Below are positions 46,932 to 57,265 of a DNA stretch of 64,000 nucleotides, piece after piece (position 1 is the first letter of the stretch; every line of letters starts with the position of its first letter). Location: NCBI GenBank assembly GCA_965207885.1, contig OZ242311.1, forward strand, positions 2,176,001-2,240,000, read 5' to 3'. This DNA is from Candidatus Latescibacterota bacterium. Lineage in GTDB: Bacteria; Latescibacterota; UBA2968. Both the position numbers and the translations under genes were made by a program. The notes under the pieces were generated by a model. That model made no database searches and had not been told where the DNA came from. It saw nothing but the letters and a program-made list of their open reading frames with translations.

Positions 46932-47819
46932 CTAACCGCTCTTGCTGCCAAACGCGGCGACAAAGAGGAGAAAGTCTGGAAAATCAATTGTCCCGCTGCT
47001 ATCCAGATCCATACTGGCATTAAAACCGTCATCAGATGAAGACTTGCCAAATTGTGCGACAAAGAGGAGAAAGTCTGGAAATTCAACTGTGCCGTTGCCA
47101 TCAAAATCACCAGTTAGCATAGTCGGTGGTGGTGGTGTTGGTGTTGGTGGTGTTGGTGGTGGTGGTGGTGTTGGTGGTGGTGGTGGTGTTGGTGTTGGTG
47201 GTCCCGTATCCTTCATTTTCGCGAAAGTAATTACGATCCTGATTGGATCATCTGGCGGTACGTGCTGAGAAAGTGCGCTCATAGCCAGGGGTCTTACAGC
47301 TTCGGATAATGACTGCAATAATTCATCTAACAGAAGCGGGCGTATAATATGCAGTGAATCCGCCGTAGCCGTGTACGTATAATTGAGCGGGTCTTCATTT
47401 TCGCGGGCTATGGTGAGTGCATGAGTATCGGACGCGACTGTGTAATTTCCTTCATATCGACTCGTATCGTGTACAGCGACCGTAAGCGGAACCAATAATA
47501 CCGCAGAGACATTGGTCAATGTTGTGTAGTCAGATTTGACACTGCCATCTGAACCAAAAGTTATTGTGCCGTTGATCTCACCTTCAACTGTAAGAGGCGA
47601 TACAGCCTGCACGAGCCCGGCTGGAACATAAGCATCCAGCCCGACCTTCTCAGCTACCCAGGAGCCGGCGATCTCGCCACCCTGAGGCTTGGGAGTTTCT
47701 GGTATCAGTCCCGCATCTGCCTGTCCAAATGTTATGAACGCCGTTATAAGTAAAACGCAACTTCTCAATACCTTAAACTGCCATTTTTTGACCGCGACGC
47801 CAAAATTTGATCCGTTCAT
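46932..47819 (-). CDS. Exported protein with Pro/Thr linker and C-terminal dockerin-like double EF-hand domain
   Basis: RBS GGAGGAGG; signal peptide; PPTPTPPPP linker; DFDGNGTVEFPDFLLF and DLDSSGTIDFPDFLLF. Confidence 0.8.
   Translation of the reverse strand: MNGSNFGVAVKKWQFKVLRSCVLLITAFITFGQADAGLIPETPKPQGGEIAGSWVAEKVGLDAYVPAGLVQAVSPLTVEGEINGTITFGSDGSVKSDYTTLTNVSAVLLVPLTVAVHDTSRYEGNYTVASDTHALTIARENEDPLNYTYTATADSLHIIRPLLLDELLQSLSEAVRPLAMSALSQHVPPDDPIRIVITFAKMKDTGPPTPTPPPPPTPPPPPTPPTPTPPPPTMLTGDFDGNGTVEFPDFLLFVAQFGKSSSDDGFNASMDLDSSGTIDFPDFLLFVAAFGSKSG
47125..47202. repeat. GGT/TGT trinucleotide low-complexity tract encoding the Pro/Thr linker
   Basis: ggtggtggtggtgttggtgttggt... (almost entirely CCA/ACA codons on the minus strand). 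Confidence 0.9.
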
Positions 47820-47981
47820 ATCCCTCCTCCAGTGTTTATTCGGTTCTTCCAAAACACACGATCACTTTTCAATTTACGCAATTCGCGTGTCCTCTGCAAT
47901 ACTTAAACGCTTGTTGTCAAATCTTTCATCGCGTGCTATTTTGAAGTATTCTGCAAAATGATACCTGCGAAAGGAGTGTGT

Positions 47982-48926
47982 ATGCAATATCGAGTTCTCG
48001 TCGATGTCGATCTTCCCGATGAAATTCCAGAGATGATAAATAACCGTTGCGAACTCTACATTTTGGCGCACGACAATGTTTCAGATGATAAAGTCGCGTC
48101 TGCACAAGGGCTGCTCACTTACGGACACCCGATTATCGGTGGTGATTTTATGGATCGCATGCCCCATTTGAAGGTTATCAGCAATTTTGGTGTTGGTGTA
48201 GATCACATTGATCTCTCAGCAGCCAAACAGCGCGGGATTCCAGTGGGCAATACGCCCAATATGCTCGATGGCGCGACAGCCGATATGACTTTTGCAATGC
48301 TCATGGCCGCCGCCCGCAATATCGTTATTGGTGACCGCTTTGCTCGCAGTGCGGCGTTTACGCACTACGATCCACGCATTTTGATCGGTCACGAAATTCA
48401 CGGTACAACACTGGGTATTATTGGTATGGGCAATATCGGCAAGCAGGTCGCACGACGGGCAAAGGGATTTGACATGAATGTGCTTTATCACAACCGAAAG
48501 CCCGATCCCAAAGCCGAGGTCGAGTTGGGCGCGACTTATGTATCCCTCAACGATTTGCTCGAACAATCGGATTTTGTCACTTTGAATGTGCCGCTGACTG
48601 AGGAAACGCGAAATATGATTGGTCGAGATCAACTCAGGCGAATGAAAAGAACCGCCATACTGGTCAATCTGGCGCGAGGAGGTGTTATCGATCACGATGC
48701 ACTCGTAGAAGCTCTTGATAATAATTGGATCGCAGTTGCCGCGCTCGATGTGACCGAGCCAGAACCTCTTCCACGCGATCATCCCCTCCTGTCTATGGAC
48801 AATGTAGTTATAGTTCCCCACCTGGGCAGTGCCACACGCCAGACGCGTATAGCAATGGCCCAGCGCACGGTAGATAATCTTATAGCTGGACTCACGGATC
48901 AGCCATTGATTACTTATGTCGTGTAA
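47982..48926 (+). CDS. D-2-hydroxyacid dehydrogenase (glyoxylate/glycerate reductase-like)
   Basis: GVGVDHID, GIIGMGNIG, VNLARG, LDVTEPEP, PHLGSAT. Confidence 0.92.
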   Translation: MQYRVLVDVDLPDEIPEMINNRCELYILAHDNVSDDKVASAQGLLTYGHPIIGGDFMDRMPHLKVISNFGVGVDHIDLSAAKQRGIPVGNTPNMLDGATADMTFAMLMAAARNIVIGDRFARSAAFTHYDPRILIGHEIHGTTLGIIGMGNIGKQVARRAKGFDMNVLYHNRKPDPKAEVELGATYVSLNDLLEQSDFVTLNVPLTEETRNMIGRDQLRRMKRTAILVNLARGGVIDHDALVEALDNNWIAVAALDVTEPEPLPRDHPLLSMDNVVIVPHLGSATRQTRIAMAQRTVDNLIAGLTDQPLITYVV

Positions 48927-48934
48927 GATAGGTG

Positions 48935-50284
48935 CTAAGCGCATTCAGCGCTCATTTTGTCACATCGTCTTCTCAGTCGTTTGAGTTGATTTGAGAATCT
49001 GTGATCTCCCGCGAGATTGAAGGATTCGTGGGGATCTTTGCAAAGGTCGTAAAGTTCCTCATAGACGGGCTGTTGCTCGTAGTAGCGAATGTATTTCCAG
49101 TGTTTTGTGCGTATGCCTTCGCTCTTGGGGATGTCGGCGCGGTGGAACCGGTGTTCGCAGAAGAACGCTTTTCGCCAGTCAACTTTCTTTTTTTCCAATA
49201 ATGGAACAAGAGATTTGCCCTGCATTTTGTCCGAAACGTTCAGATTCGCCAGTTCGAGGATGGTTGGCGCAATATCGATGTTTAGTGCCAATTCTTCGCG
49301 AATGAGACCTCGATTGTTTTCATCAGCCCGTGGATCGAGGATAATAAGGGGTATGCGGATCGACTGTTCGTTCAACTGCCAGCAGTCGCTGAGTCCGCGA
49401 TCCCCGTAGTACATCCCGTGGTCGGATGCAAAGATCACGACTGTGTTGTCGGATAATGACAGTTGATCCATGGTCCCGAGAATCCTGCCTATGTTCCGAT
49501 CCACACCGCTCACCATTCGGTACAGCCCTCGCATGTTTCTCTGGTAGTCCTCAGATGTCGCATAGCGTTTTTGCCATCGTACGCGACTTTCTGTTTCGCG
49601 CAAAAATTTTGGCAACTGTCGGAAAAAGTCGGGATGGGCGTTGAATGGTTCCGGTATCTGCGTCTCTGTGTAGAGGTGATCTTCAGTAGCGGGCCAGATG
49701 TAGCAGCGCGGATCATTGTCCTGCGCGTGCGGCGCATTGAAACTGATGGAGAGACAAAATGGCTGGCCGGGATGATCTGATTGATGCGTGCGCAAGAAGT
49801 TGATCGTTTTGTCCCCGGTGATGTCGGTCAGGTGGCGCACACTGCCATCGGGCTGTCTGATTTCATACCCTTCTTCGGTCCAGTGTTCGTAGTTGTCAAA
49901 TACGTCAAACATCTTTCCTACTGCATCCTCGTCCTGCAGAGAAGGGACGATTCCGTTGGTGGCTATGCCGAATTTGCCGATTAGCCCCGTGCGATAACCC
50001 GCCATTTTGAGGGCCGATGGGTAGGAAATGTCGGTGTATGCGCTTTGGAGGGGGGGAGTGAGGAAGGTGAATCGGTGGCGTCTTTCATAGGTGCCCGTGA
50101 GATAACTGGCCCGGCTTGCGGCGCAGATTGGACTTGTGCAGAACGCGTTTTCGAACCGCACACCGCTTGCGGCGAGCCGATCGATGTTTGGGGTTTTGAT
50201 GATTGGATTGCCAGCGCAGCCGAGCAGATCATTGCGCTGGTTGTCGGTCAGGAAAAAGAGGATGTTCGGGGGAGGTGCTTTCAC
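48935..50284 (-). CDS. Sulfatase (acetylglucosamine-6-sulfatase-like)
   Basis: PNILFFLTDNQR, CAASR, FNAPHA, ASDHG. Confidence 0.9.
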   Translation of the reverse strand: MKAPPPNILFFLTDNQRNDLLGCAGNPIIKTPNIDRLAASGVRFENAFCTSPICAASRASYLTGTYERRHRFTFLTPPLQSAYTDISYPSALKMAGYRTGLIGKFGIATNGIVPSLQDEDAVGKMFDVFDNYEHWTEEGYEIRQPDGSVRHLTDITGDKTINFLRTHQSDHPGQPFCLSISFNAPHAQDNDPRCYIWPATEDHLYTETQIPEPFNAHPDFFRQLPKFLRETESRVRWQKRYATSEDYQRNMRGLYRMVSGVDRNIGRILGTMDQLSLSDNTVVIFASDHGMYYGDRGLSDCWQLNEQSIRIPLIILDPRADENNRGLIREELALNIDIAPTILELANLNVSDKMQGKSLVPLLEKKKVDWRKAFFCEHRFHRADIPKSEGIRTKHWKYIRYYEQQPVYEELYDLCKDPHESFNLAGDHRFSNQLKRLRRRCDKMSAECA

Positions 50285-51351
50285 ATCTCATCCAATTCAA
50301 TGCGTTGACCGGTGTCATTTGACCTGTATGCCGCTTCAATGATTCTGGCGACTTTTAAGGCATCTTCTCCAGAGGTTGGGGCCGTACCTTTACCCGCAGT
50401 AGATCGAATAAAGTCATCCAAAAAAGCGATTCCATAAGTACCGCCATAAGCATCGACTTCGGGTAGCGTATAATCAAAGGTTCGCTGAGATGCCGTGTGC
50501 CAGCCTTCTGCAACGCTTTCGAGATACAATTCTGATGGACCGCCCGAAGGCGTCCAGAACACGCGGCCTTCGCTGCCGCGAAATCCCATATACGTGTCGT
50601 AATTCGGTCCCATATAACCCGCGCCACTTATTGATAGTTGATAACCGGCCTGCATGCTGCCCAGCGCGCCATTGGAAAACCGGAAGGATAGAGACGCCAC
50701 GTCTTCAACATCAATGTCTTCGCCGCTGAGCGTATCGACAATTGCAGAAACGGAGATGATGTCTGCGTCCATTACATAGCACAGCAGATCGATATAATGA
50801 CACCCCAACCACGATAAGATACCGCCGCCGGAGATTGACCGATCAAATAGCCAGTGTTTGGGATCGCGAAATTTTACCTGTGATGTGACCATCCGCGACT
50901 CACAAGATGTCACAGGACCTATTGCGCCGCCTTGCACGAGTCTTCGCGCTTCACAAGCGGTGGGGTGATAGCGATTCTGATACATGACGCCCAGTTGGAC
51001 ACCCGCTTTTGCCGCGCCATCCACGACCCGAGAAACAGTGGCAACCGAAGCACCGATGGGTTTTTCGCTGATGACATGGATACCTTGCTCGAATAAGCGC
51101 AGGCAAAGGTCTGGGTTCCGGTCGTTTTGGGCGCAAGCCACACCAAAGACTATATTTTCAGAGCCCAAAAGTACGCTGAGATCGGAATAAGTACCCGCGA
51201 CTTTATCTGTTGAATTAAAGCTGTTCAGCGCCGAGGGATCGGCGTCATACAGAATGATCTCATCTACGAGTGAAGAAGCATGCAGGGTTTTGAAATGGGC
51301 TTCTGAATGGGGGTGTGTCAGGCCAAATAAGCCAGCGCGAACGGGTTGCAT
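50281..51351 (-). CDS. Gfo/Idh/MocA family oxidoreductase
   Basis: HVISEKP, GGGILSWLGCH. Confidence 0.88.
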   Translation of the reverse strand: MQPVRAGLFGLTHPHSEAHFKTLHASSLVDEIILYDADPSALNSFNSTDKVAGTYSDLSVLLGSENIVFGVACAQNDRNPDLCLRLFEQGIHVISEKPIGASVATVSRVVDGAAKAGVQLGVMYQNRYHPTACEARRLVQGGAIGPVTSCESRMVTSQVKFRDPKHWLFDRSISGGGILSWLGCHYIDLLCYVMDADIISVSAIVDTLSGEDIDVEDVASLSFRFSNGALGSMQAGYQLSISGAGYMGPNYDTYMGFRGSEGRVFWTPSGGPSELYLESVAEGWHTASQRTFDYTLPEVDAYGGTYGIAFLDDFIRSTAGKGTAPTSGEDALKVARIIEAAYRSNDTGQRIELDEM

Positions 51352-51373
51352 TAGATTATCCTCATGGATAGGG

Positions 51374-52183
51374 CTATAAATACGGCAGTACTTCGCGCTT
51401 GAGCGCGTTGAGATATGTCCATTCTTCGCCGGGATCCTGGAAGATCAATGTGTAATATCCCGAGAAATTGGCTTTGCGCGTCAAGTCCAAACAGGTCAGG
51501 AATTGGTCCCGCAACATGATCCCATCTTCGTAATCCGCTTTGGTGTGAATCGTATCTGCAAATGGCAACACCTCTGCGAGGTCGCCCAGCCTGTGTTCCC
51601 CTTTGAAGTTGCCAAAATCAGTACACAATCCAATTTTTCCATCGCATCTGTTCAAAATATCCAGTAGAGGGGCTGCGCGCTGGGTTAGTCGCTTGAAGTT
51701 CTCGGTCATGACACGTACGCCACAATCGCGTGCATAGTCCGACAATTGCAGGAGGTTTTGCGCGCTGAGTGCGATGGATTCCGCGCCTGGCTCTGCTTCG
51801 CCGGCGATTACGCGTACATTCTCCGCGCCACAGGTGGATGCGATGTCGATCCATCTTCGAATTTCCGCGAGGTCCTTTTCTCTTTGTTCGAGATCGGGAT
51901 GCGTAATATCCCAGGCGTCGATTAAAATGCTGTAAAGCGATACGCCGTGTCTGTCCAGTTCTGCGCGCAGGTCTGCGATAAACGCATCATCTGTTGTGGG
52001 GAAATGAAAATGGCAGATTTCCAAATGCCCGATGCCGTGTGATGCTATTTCGCGGGGGACATCGAGCAGTTTTATGCGCCCTCCATCGCCATTTCGGTTC
52101 ACAAATCCATCGGGCGTGCGATCGTACCACGACTTGCCCAAAGCGCGGTGTAAGCTCCAGGTGGAAATAGATAGTTCTGGCAT
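51374..52183 (-). CDS. Sugar phosphate isomerase/epimerase (xylose-isomerase-like TIM barrel)
   Basis: SISTWSLH, MTEN, CTDFGN, IHTK. Confidence 0.85.
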   Translation of the reverse strand: MPELSISTWSLHRALGKSWYDRTPDGFVNRNGDGGRIKLLDVPREIASHGIGHLEICHFHFPTTDDAFIADLRAELDRHGVSLYSILIDAWDITHPDLEQREKDLAEIRRWIDIASTCGAENVRVIAGEAEPGAESIALSAQNLLQLSDYARDCGVRVMTENFKRLTQRAAPLLDILNRCDGKIGLCTDFGNFKGEHRLGDLAEVLPFADTIHTKADYEDGIMLRDQFLTCLDLTRKANFSGYYTLIFQDPGEEWTYLNALKREVLPYL

Positions 52184-52230
52184 ATTACAACCTCCAGTGA
52201 TCGGTCGAAAAGAAGACTATTTCTCACATT

Positions 52231-53289
52231 TTACGTCTTACAGCCCACTTTTTCAGCCAACTGACAGATCGCCTGTGCAGCTTCGTCAACATCGGATTTG
52301 GAGATGCCGATGTGTGGGATCAATCTTATCAGGTGTGTGCCGATGACGCTTACGCGTATGCCGTATTCGGCGAGTAATCGGTCGCCAAAATCGCGGCCGG
52401 AAATGCCCAATTGAGCCACGTCAAAGCGCACCATGTTGGTCTCTACGCCTTCGACATTGATTCCAATTCCGGGTGCTTTTGCAATGCCTTTTGCCAGGCG
52501 TTTTGCATTGGCGTGATCTTCTGCCATCCGTTCGACGTTGTGTTCTAACGCGTAAATACCCGCAGCGGCAATGATGCCAGCCTGCCGCATGGCGCCTCCG
52601 ATACGCTGTTTCCACTGCCAGGCATTGAGAATAAAATCTGAAGGTCCCGCCAGCACAGCCCCCACAGGCGCGCCCAGGCCCTTGCTCAGATCGATCCACA
52701 GGGTGTCAAAAGACTCGGCGTACGCTTTTGGTGCAATGCCAGTTGCAACTGTTGCATTTAGCAGTCGTGCGCCATCCATGTGCGTTAAAGCACCTTTTTC
52801 GTGCGCAATATCGCATACTGCGCGTATCTGTTCGAGGGACCATATACGTCCCCCCGGCATATTTGTGGTCTGTTCGGCACAGACGAGGCGGAAGGGCGGT
52901 CTGTATCGCGTTGACGGTACCATAACCTCTGCCATTTGCTCGGGTGTAAACATGCCATTTTTCCCATCAATGGGATACAGTGTTGCGCGAGCGAGCACCG
53001 CTGCGCCACCGGCTTCTGATATGAGCGGGTGTGCGGTGCGATCCACCAAAATGAGATCTCCTGCGCGGCAGTGAACCGCATAAGAAATCTGGTTGCACAT
53101 CGTTCCCGATGGCAAAAAAAGGGCCGCCTCTTTGCCCAGCATCTCGGCGACCATATCCTGTAGGGCATTCACCGACGGGTCTTCGCCCTTTTGCTCATCA
53201 CCCACTTCTGCCCGACACATAAACTCGCGCATCGCTTGCGTTGGCACGGTGGATGTATCGCTGTAAAGATCAATTTTAATGTCAGTCAT
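52231..53289 (-). CDS. ltaE: Low-specificity L-threonine aldolase
   Basis: [36 protein letters not shown]. Confidence 0.9.
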   Translation of the reverse strand: MTDIKIDLYSDTSTVPTQAMREFMCRAEVGDEQKGEDPSVNALQDMVAEMLGKEAALFLPSGTMCNQISYAVHCRAGDLILVDRTAHPLISEAGGAAVLARATLYPIDGKNGMFTPEQMAEVMVPSTRYRPPFRLVCAEQTTNMPGGRIWSLEQIRAVCDIAHEKGALTHMDGARLLNATVATGIAPKAYAESFDTLWIDLSKGLGAPVGAVLAGPSDFILNAWQWKQRIGGAMRQAGIIAAAGIYALEHNVERMAEDHANAKRLAKGIAKAPGIGINVEGVETNMVRFDVAQLGISGRDFGDRLLAEYGIRVSVIGTHLIRLIPHIGISKSDVDEAAQAICQLAEKVGCKT

Positions 53290-54249
53290 TTATCTGCTTT
53301 CTCCTGGGCCAGATTTGAAAAGATTCAGAAACCGATCTTCGTAAAATGGATAGAGGTTCCAACGGTCGAGTTCTGCTTTGAGTTCATTGGCTTTTTTGTG
53401 AAACTGATCATTTTTTTTCACTTCGCGAAACATCTTTTCAATGCGTTCCATAACGGACTGCGGCACTTTATCCTCTTCGATCTTTCCGCCTGGAAATTCG
53501 TTTTCTGGAATATCGTCCATGTGGGAAAATGTCTTTTGGATCTGCATCTCAATATCTTCCATTGTGCCTTCCATCTTTTCGGCAGCGTCGTCAATTTCCG
53601 ACATATCGACCGAAAAATTTAACAAATGTGCCAAAGCCAGCACAATCTCTTTTGAAGCTTTGGGGTTTGGGATGGGTGCTGCGTATTGCGGCATGGTTCC
53701 CAAAAAACAGGCTGCATTGAGATCGCGTTTTTGAGCAAAGCCCAGCAATAGACCATTAAGCCCTGAGACCATCCCCTCTTTCAAGATCTCCACACCATGT
53801 GATGCCAGTAAATCTCGAAATTCAGTGTTGTTCGCCACTCCCAGCACCTGTGCATCTTCTTTGTGACTGGACTGTGTGAGATAGGCCGCTCCTGTGAGAA
53901 CGGTATCGATGCCGACCCGTTGTCCCACATCCAGAATTTTGTCCAATAATTCATCGCCGGGTACTCCGCCTATTTGCGCTTCACTTTGAAAAATAATCAA
54001 ATCGTGTTCTTCCACTGCATAAAATACATGGGCAGGCGGATCGGGAAAGGTCGCGAGCCCATCTTCTACGATCATGGCTTCGGGCGTGAAGTGGGATTGC
54101 ATGTCTATTTCTGCAAATGCGACGGCATCGAGTTTGCGCCGGATATAGTCAATCGCACCAATTCCTACACTGCCCATACCGGGCCATCCGGCAAGTAATA
54201 CGGATGCCTGAAAGGAACGGGGCAATTCTTTCAATACGTTTAGTTTCAT
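53290..54249 (-). CDS. PAC2 family (proteasome assembly chaperone-like) protein
   Basis: LAGWPGMGSVG, TGAA, SGLNGLLLG, ACFLGT, PNPKAS. Confidence 0.8.
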   Translation of the reverse strand: MKLNVLKELPRSFQASVLLAGWPGMGSVGIGAIDYIRRKLDAVAFAEIDMQSHFTPEAMIVEDGLATFPDPPAHVFYAVEEHDLIIFQSEAQIGGVPGDELLDKILDVGQRVGIDTVLTGAAYLTQSSHKEDAQVLGVANNTEFRDLLASHGVEILKEGMVSGLNGLLLGFAQKRDLNAACFLGTMPQYAAPIPNPKASKEIVLALAHLLNFSVDMSEIDDAAEKMEGTMEDIEMQIQKTFSHMDDIPENEFPGGKIEEDKVPQSVMERIEKMFREVKKNDQFHKKANELKAELDRWNLYPFYEDRFLNLFKSGPGESR

Positions 54250-54320
54250 TTTGTGACCTTTCCACAGGGGACAGAGCGTTTTAGAAATAATATCAAATTA
54301 CAGACCTGGACACAACCATG

Positions 54321-55412
54321 TCAATGCCCAGAGTGCCATTTCTCGAGCGGATGAGAACGATCGGGGTTTGGAAAAACAACGCGCTGTCCAGAAATTTGGG
54401 ATGCGTACGCTCCGTGAATCATTTCCAATGCCCAACGTGCATCTCGATCACTGGAAATGGGTGCGCGGTCGCGTTCTATGGCGTCAATCAGGTCGATAAT
54501 GGCGCGATAATTTCCCGTCTCCTGCAAGTGATCACCCGCAAGGTCGAGCGCCTGCCACTCACGACCACCTCTCCAGGGTGCCCACAGTCCATCTTCGTAA
54601 ATGGATATTGCTTCTGCTCCTCCGCTTATGGCTATCCGTCCAGATTCTCCGACCAGCACCAGCCCATAGCCCTGTCCTTTTCCCGATTGATTGGCCCGCG
54701 AGACAAATGAGCCATCCACGCCATCGCCAAAGGAAAACAGGCTGACCACGCCATCGCCCGCAATCGCGCCAATTGGCTCTGTGGCTTCTCGCACATCCTC
54801 GGGCGCAATTTCGCGGTCTCCAACTGTTACGCGCGCTGTCATCCACAGGGGATCACCACCCAAAAAGCGCATCATGTTGAAGAGATGTGTTCCCAAGACC
54901 AGCATGTCTTCGCCGCCTCCCCGATGGTCTTGTTTGCCATACCCATGCATGGATAGGAGCTTTCCAATTTGATTTTCCCGTATTAAATCGCGCACTTGAT
55001 GTAATTGCCTGAGGTAAACAGCCTGATGCGCTACGGCAATTTTGCGGTTGTGCTGTTCGGCGGCAGCCACGATGCGGTCTGCGGTCGCGAGGTCTCCTGC
55101 AAGTGGTTTTTCCGCATAGACATGGCAACCAGCTTCGATACACGCCACGATCATTTCTTCGTGACAATCGACCCACCGGGGACACACGCTGACAATATCG
55201 AGGTCTTCTTTCGCCAGCATGTCGCGATAGTCCGCATACCCTCGCTGTGCTCCGGCATCTGCGATAGCCTTTTCCCGTCCGGCAGTATTCGGATCGGACA
55301 CAGCAATCATATCCACGCAGTCGTTTTTTTGGTAGGGCACATGCAGGCCATGTCCAAAATTGCCCTGTCCGGTCCGACCGATAGCACCGGCGCGATAGCG
55401 TTTTTCTGCCAT
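54321..55412 (-). CDS. Gfo/Idh/MocA family oxidoreductase
   Basis: GRTGQGNFGHGLH, HVYAEKP, GGEDMLVLGTH. Confidence 0.9.
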   Translation of the reverse strand: MAEKRYRAGAIGRTGQGNFGHGLHVPYQKNDCVDMIAVSDPNTAGREKAIADAGAQRGYADYRDMLAKEDLDIVSVCPRWVDCHEEMIVACIEAGCHVYAEKPLAGDLATADRIVAAAEQHNRKIAVAHQAVYLRQLHQVRDLIRENQIGKLLSMHGYGKQDHRGGGEDMLVLGTHLFNMMRFLGGDPLWMTARVTVGDREIAPEDVREATEPIGAIAGDGVVSLFSFGDGVDGSFVSRANQSGKGQGYGLVLVGESGRIAISGGAEAISIYEDGLWAPWRGGREWQALDLAGDHLQETGNYRAIIDLIDAIERDRAPISSDRDARWALEMIHGAYASQISGQRVVFPNPDRSHPLEKWHSGH

Positions 55413-55424
55413 TGTGACTCCTTA

Positions 55425-56465
55425 TTAGGGTAAAAACACGACTCCTAACGCGCTATTGGGATTTTGAATCAACTCCTCACATGCTTCAGGTGCGTCATCC
55501 AATGCAACCCGATGGGTGATGAGGGGAGCTACTTTTAAGTGTCCGGAATCCATGAAGCGCAAGCATTCTTCTAAATTTCGCCTCGTTGTCCATTGCATAA
55601 AAACGGGGGGATAATCCGCACCGTGTTCCCATTCCTCGTCGTGATAGCCCGGTCCTGTGCGTGCGGCACTGCGGACATCCAGATTGCCCAGTGCGGATGC
55701 AAAACCGTGTTCAATTCGGGCACCGCCCACAATGACAATGCGCCCCATCAAGTGCGTGTCGGGTGCTTTTTTGATCATTTTGCTAAGCGTGATAAAAGCT
55801 GGCGTGCCATCGCCACCAAAGGCAATTACACCGCCATCGATACCATAACCGCGCGTAAAAGTACGGGATACTTCTACCGGGTCTTCCTCTGTGATATTGA
55901 CCCCGCGCAGCAAGCCACAGGTAGCGGCTTTTTTAAGACGCATGGGCAATTGGTCCAGGCCCATTACATAACATCCCGAAATGCGTGCCCACTGACAGGT
56001 AAATTGTCCCACAAGTCCCAGACCTGCCACGGCAATGTGTTCGCTGAGTTGGAATGCGCCGCGCCGCACGGCATTTAAGGCGGTTGCAACCAGATGAATA
56101 GACGAGGCGTCTTCATCGCTGACGCCATCGGGAATGGGTACTGCCATATTGCGCGGCACACAGGCATGGGTCGCATGTTGGGCATATCCGCCTCCCATAC
56201 AGGCCACGCGCGTCCCAAGCGGTATGTCTTCACACCCCGCGCCTTGCGCCACGACCACGCCAGCATTGGAATATCCAAACGGGCGCGGTGCGGCATCCGA
56301 CGGGTTTTCTCGCCGCCTTTTCACCCCACCCAGCTCTGTGCCGGGACTGACCATGCTCGCCGTGACTTCTATTTGGACCTGGCCTGGCTTTGGGTCTGCA
56401 ACCGGTTCTTCGATGACCGAAATTCCGCCTTGACCGTCAATTGCCGCTACTTTTCGCATTGCCAT
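55425..56465 (-). CDS. Medium-chain (MDR) dehydrogenase/reductase
   Basis: SMVSPGTE, FGYSNAG, GLGLVG, LITHR. Confidence 0.85.
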   Translation of the reverse strand: MAMRKVAAIDGQGGISVIEEPVADPKPGQVQIEVTASMVSPGTELGGVKRRRENPSDAAPRPFGYSNAGVVVAQGAGCEDIPLGTRVACMGGGYAQHATHACVPRNMAVPIPDGVSDEDASSIHLVATALNAVRRGAFQLSEHIAVAGLGLVGQFTCQWARISGCYVMGLDQLPMRLKKAATCGLLRGVNITEEDPVEVSRTFTRGYGIDGGVIAFGGDGTPAFITLSKMIKKAPDTHLMGRIVIVGGARIEHGFASALGNLDVRSAARTGPGYHDEEWEHGADYPPVFMQWTTRRNLEECLRFMDSGHLKVAPLITHRVALDDAPEACEELIQNPNSALGVVFLP

Positions 56466-56473
56466 TAGTGTCC

Positions 56474-57265
56474 TCACATTGCCACAATTTGTTTCATGCG
56501 TTTTGCCATCTCAATTTGCACGTCTCGATCGCCACCTACTTCGTGGATGACATATCGGTCATAGCCAATATTCCGCAATCCTTTCATGACTTCTGCCCAA
56601 TCCGTATCCCCATCCATCAGCGGTACGAAATTGCGTTGCTGACGAACAAAGTCCTTAAAATGTACCCGCTTAATGCGGTGTTGAAGCCCGCGAATCCAGT
56701 GCTCTGGATAGCCGTAAAACATCATATTGGCTGTGTCGAGATAAATTCCGACCCAATCGTTGCCCACGGCATCGACAAACTCGCGTGCTTCTTTCGGGTT
56801 GAGCAAAAATTTATTCCACACATTCTCTATGCCAACTGCAACGCCTTTTTCCTCGGCATAAGGGGCGATTTCTTTCATCGAGACCAGAAAATCATCCCAG
56901 GCGTCTTCATAGGTACCATCAACCGGGAGTTGACCTGGATGGAGTAAGACCGCGTCGGTTTCGACCAGATGCGCCACGTCAATGGCGCGGCGCAAGCTCT
57001 TCATGCCGGCTTCGCGCTCTGCCGGGTCTCGGCTGAGGAAGTTGCCCCGGTCATCATATCTGGCAATCGCACTGCTGATTTCAATGCCCGCGTTATCACA
57101 CCGTTTTTTGACACCGCGCACCTCATCGTCACTCATATCGACATTTGGATCACCTTCTGGTGAAAATACCAGTTCGAGTGCCTCGTAACCCGCATCACGG
57201 CACAATTGCAATGTTTCATCCAGTGTCAGTTTGCCCAGGATAATTTGTGTCACACCTATTTTCAT
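56474..57265 (-). CDS. Sugar phosphate isomerase/epimerase
   Basis: IENVWNKFL, YLDTAN, VHFKDF. Confidence 0.88.
   Translation of the reverse strand: MKIGVTQIILGKLTLDETLQLCRDAGYEALELVFSPEGDPNVDMSDDEVRGVKKRCDNAGIEISSAIARYDDRGNFLSRDPAEREAGMKSLRRAIDVAHLVETDAVLLHPGQLPVDGTYEDAWDDFLVSMKEIAPYAEEKGVAVGIENVWNKFLLNPKEAREFVDAVGNDWVGIYLDTANMMFYGYPEHWIRGLQHRIKRVHFKDFVRQQRNFVPLMDGDTDWAEVMKGLRNIGYDRYVIHEVGGDRDVQIEMAKRMKQIVAM

Noticed and set aside
46957-47202. CRISPR-like or non-coding repeat array
   Set aside because: Only two 26-bp copies plus a trinucleotide tract, both explained by the coding EF-hand repeats and Pro/Thr linker.
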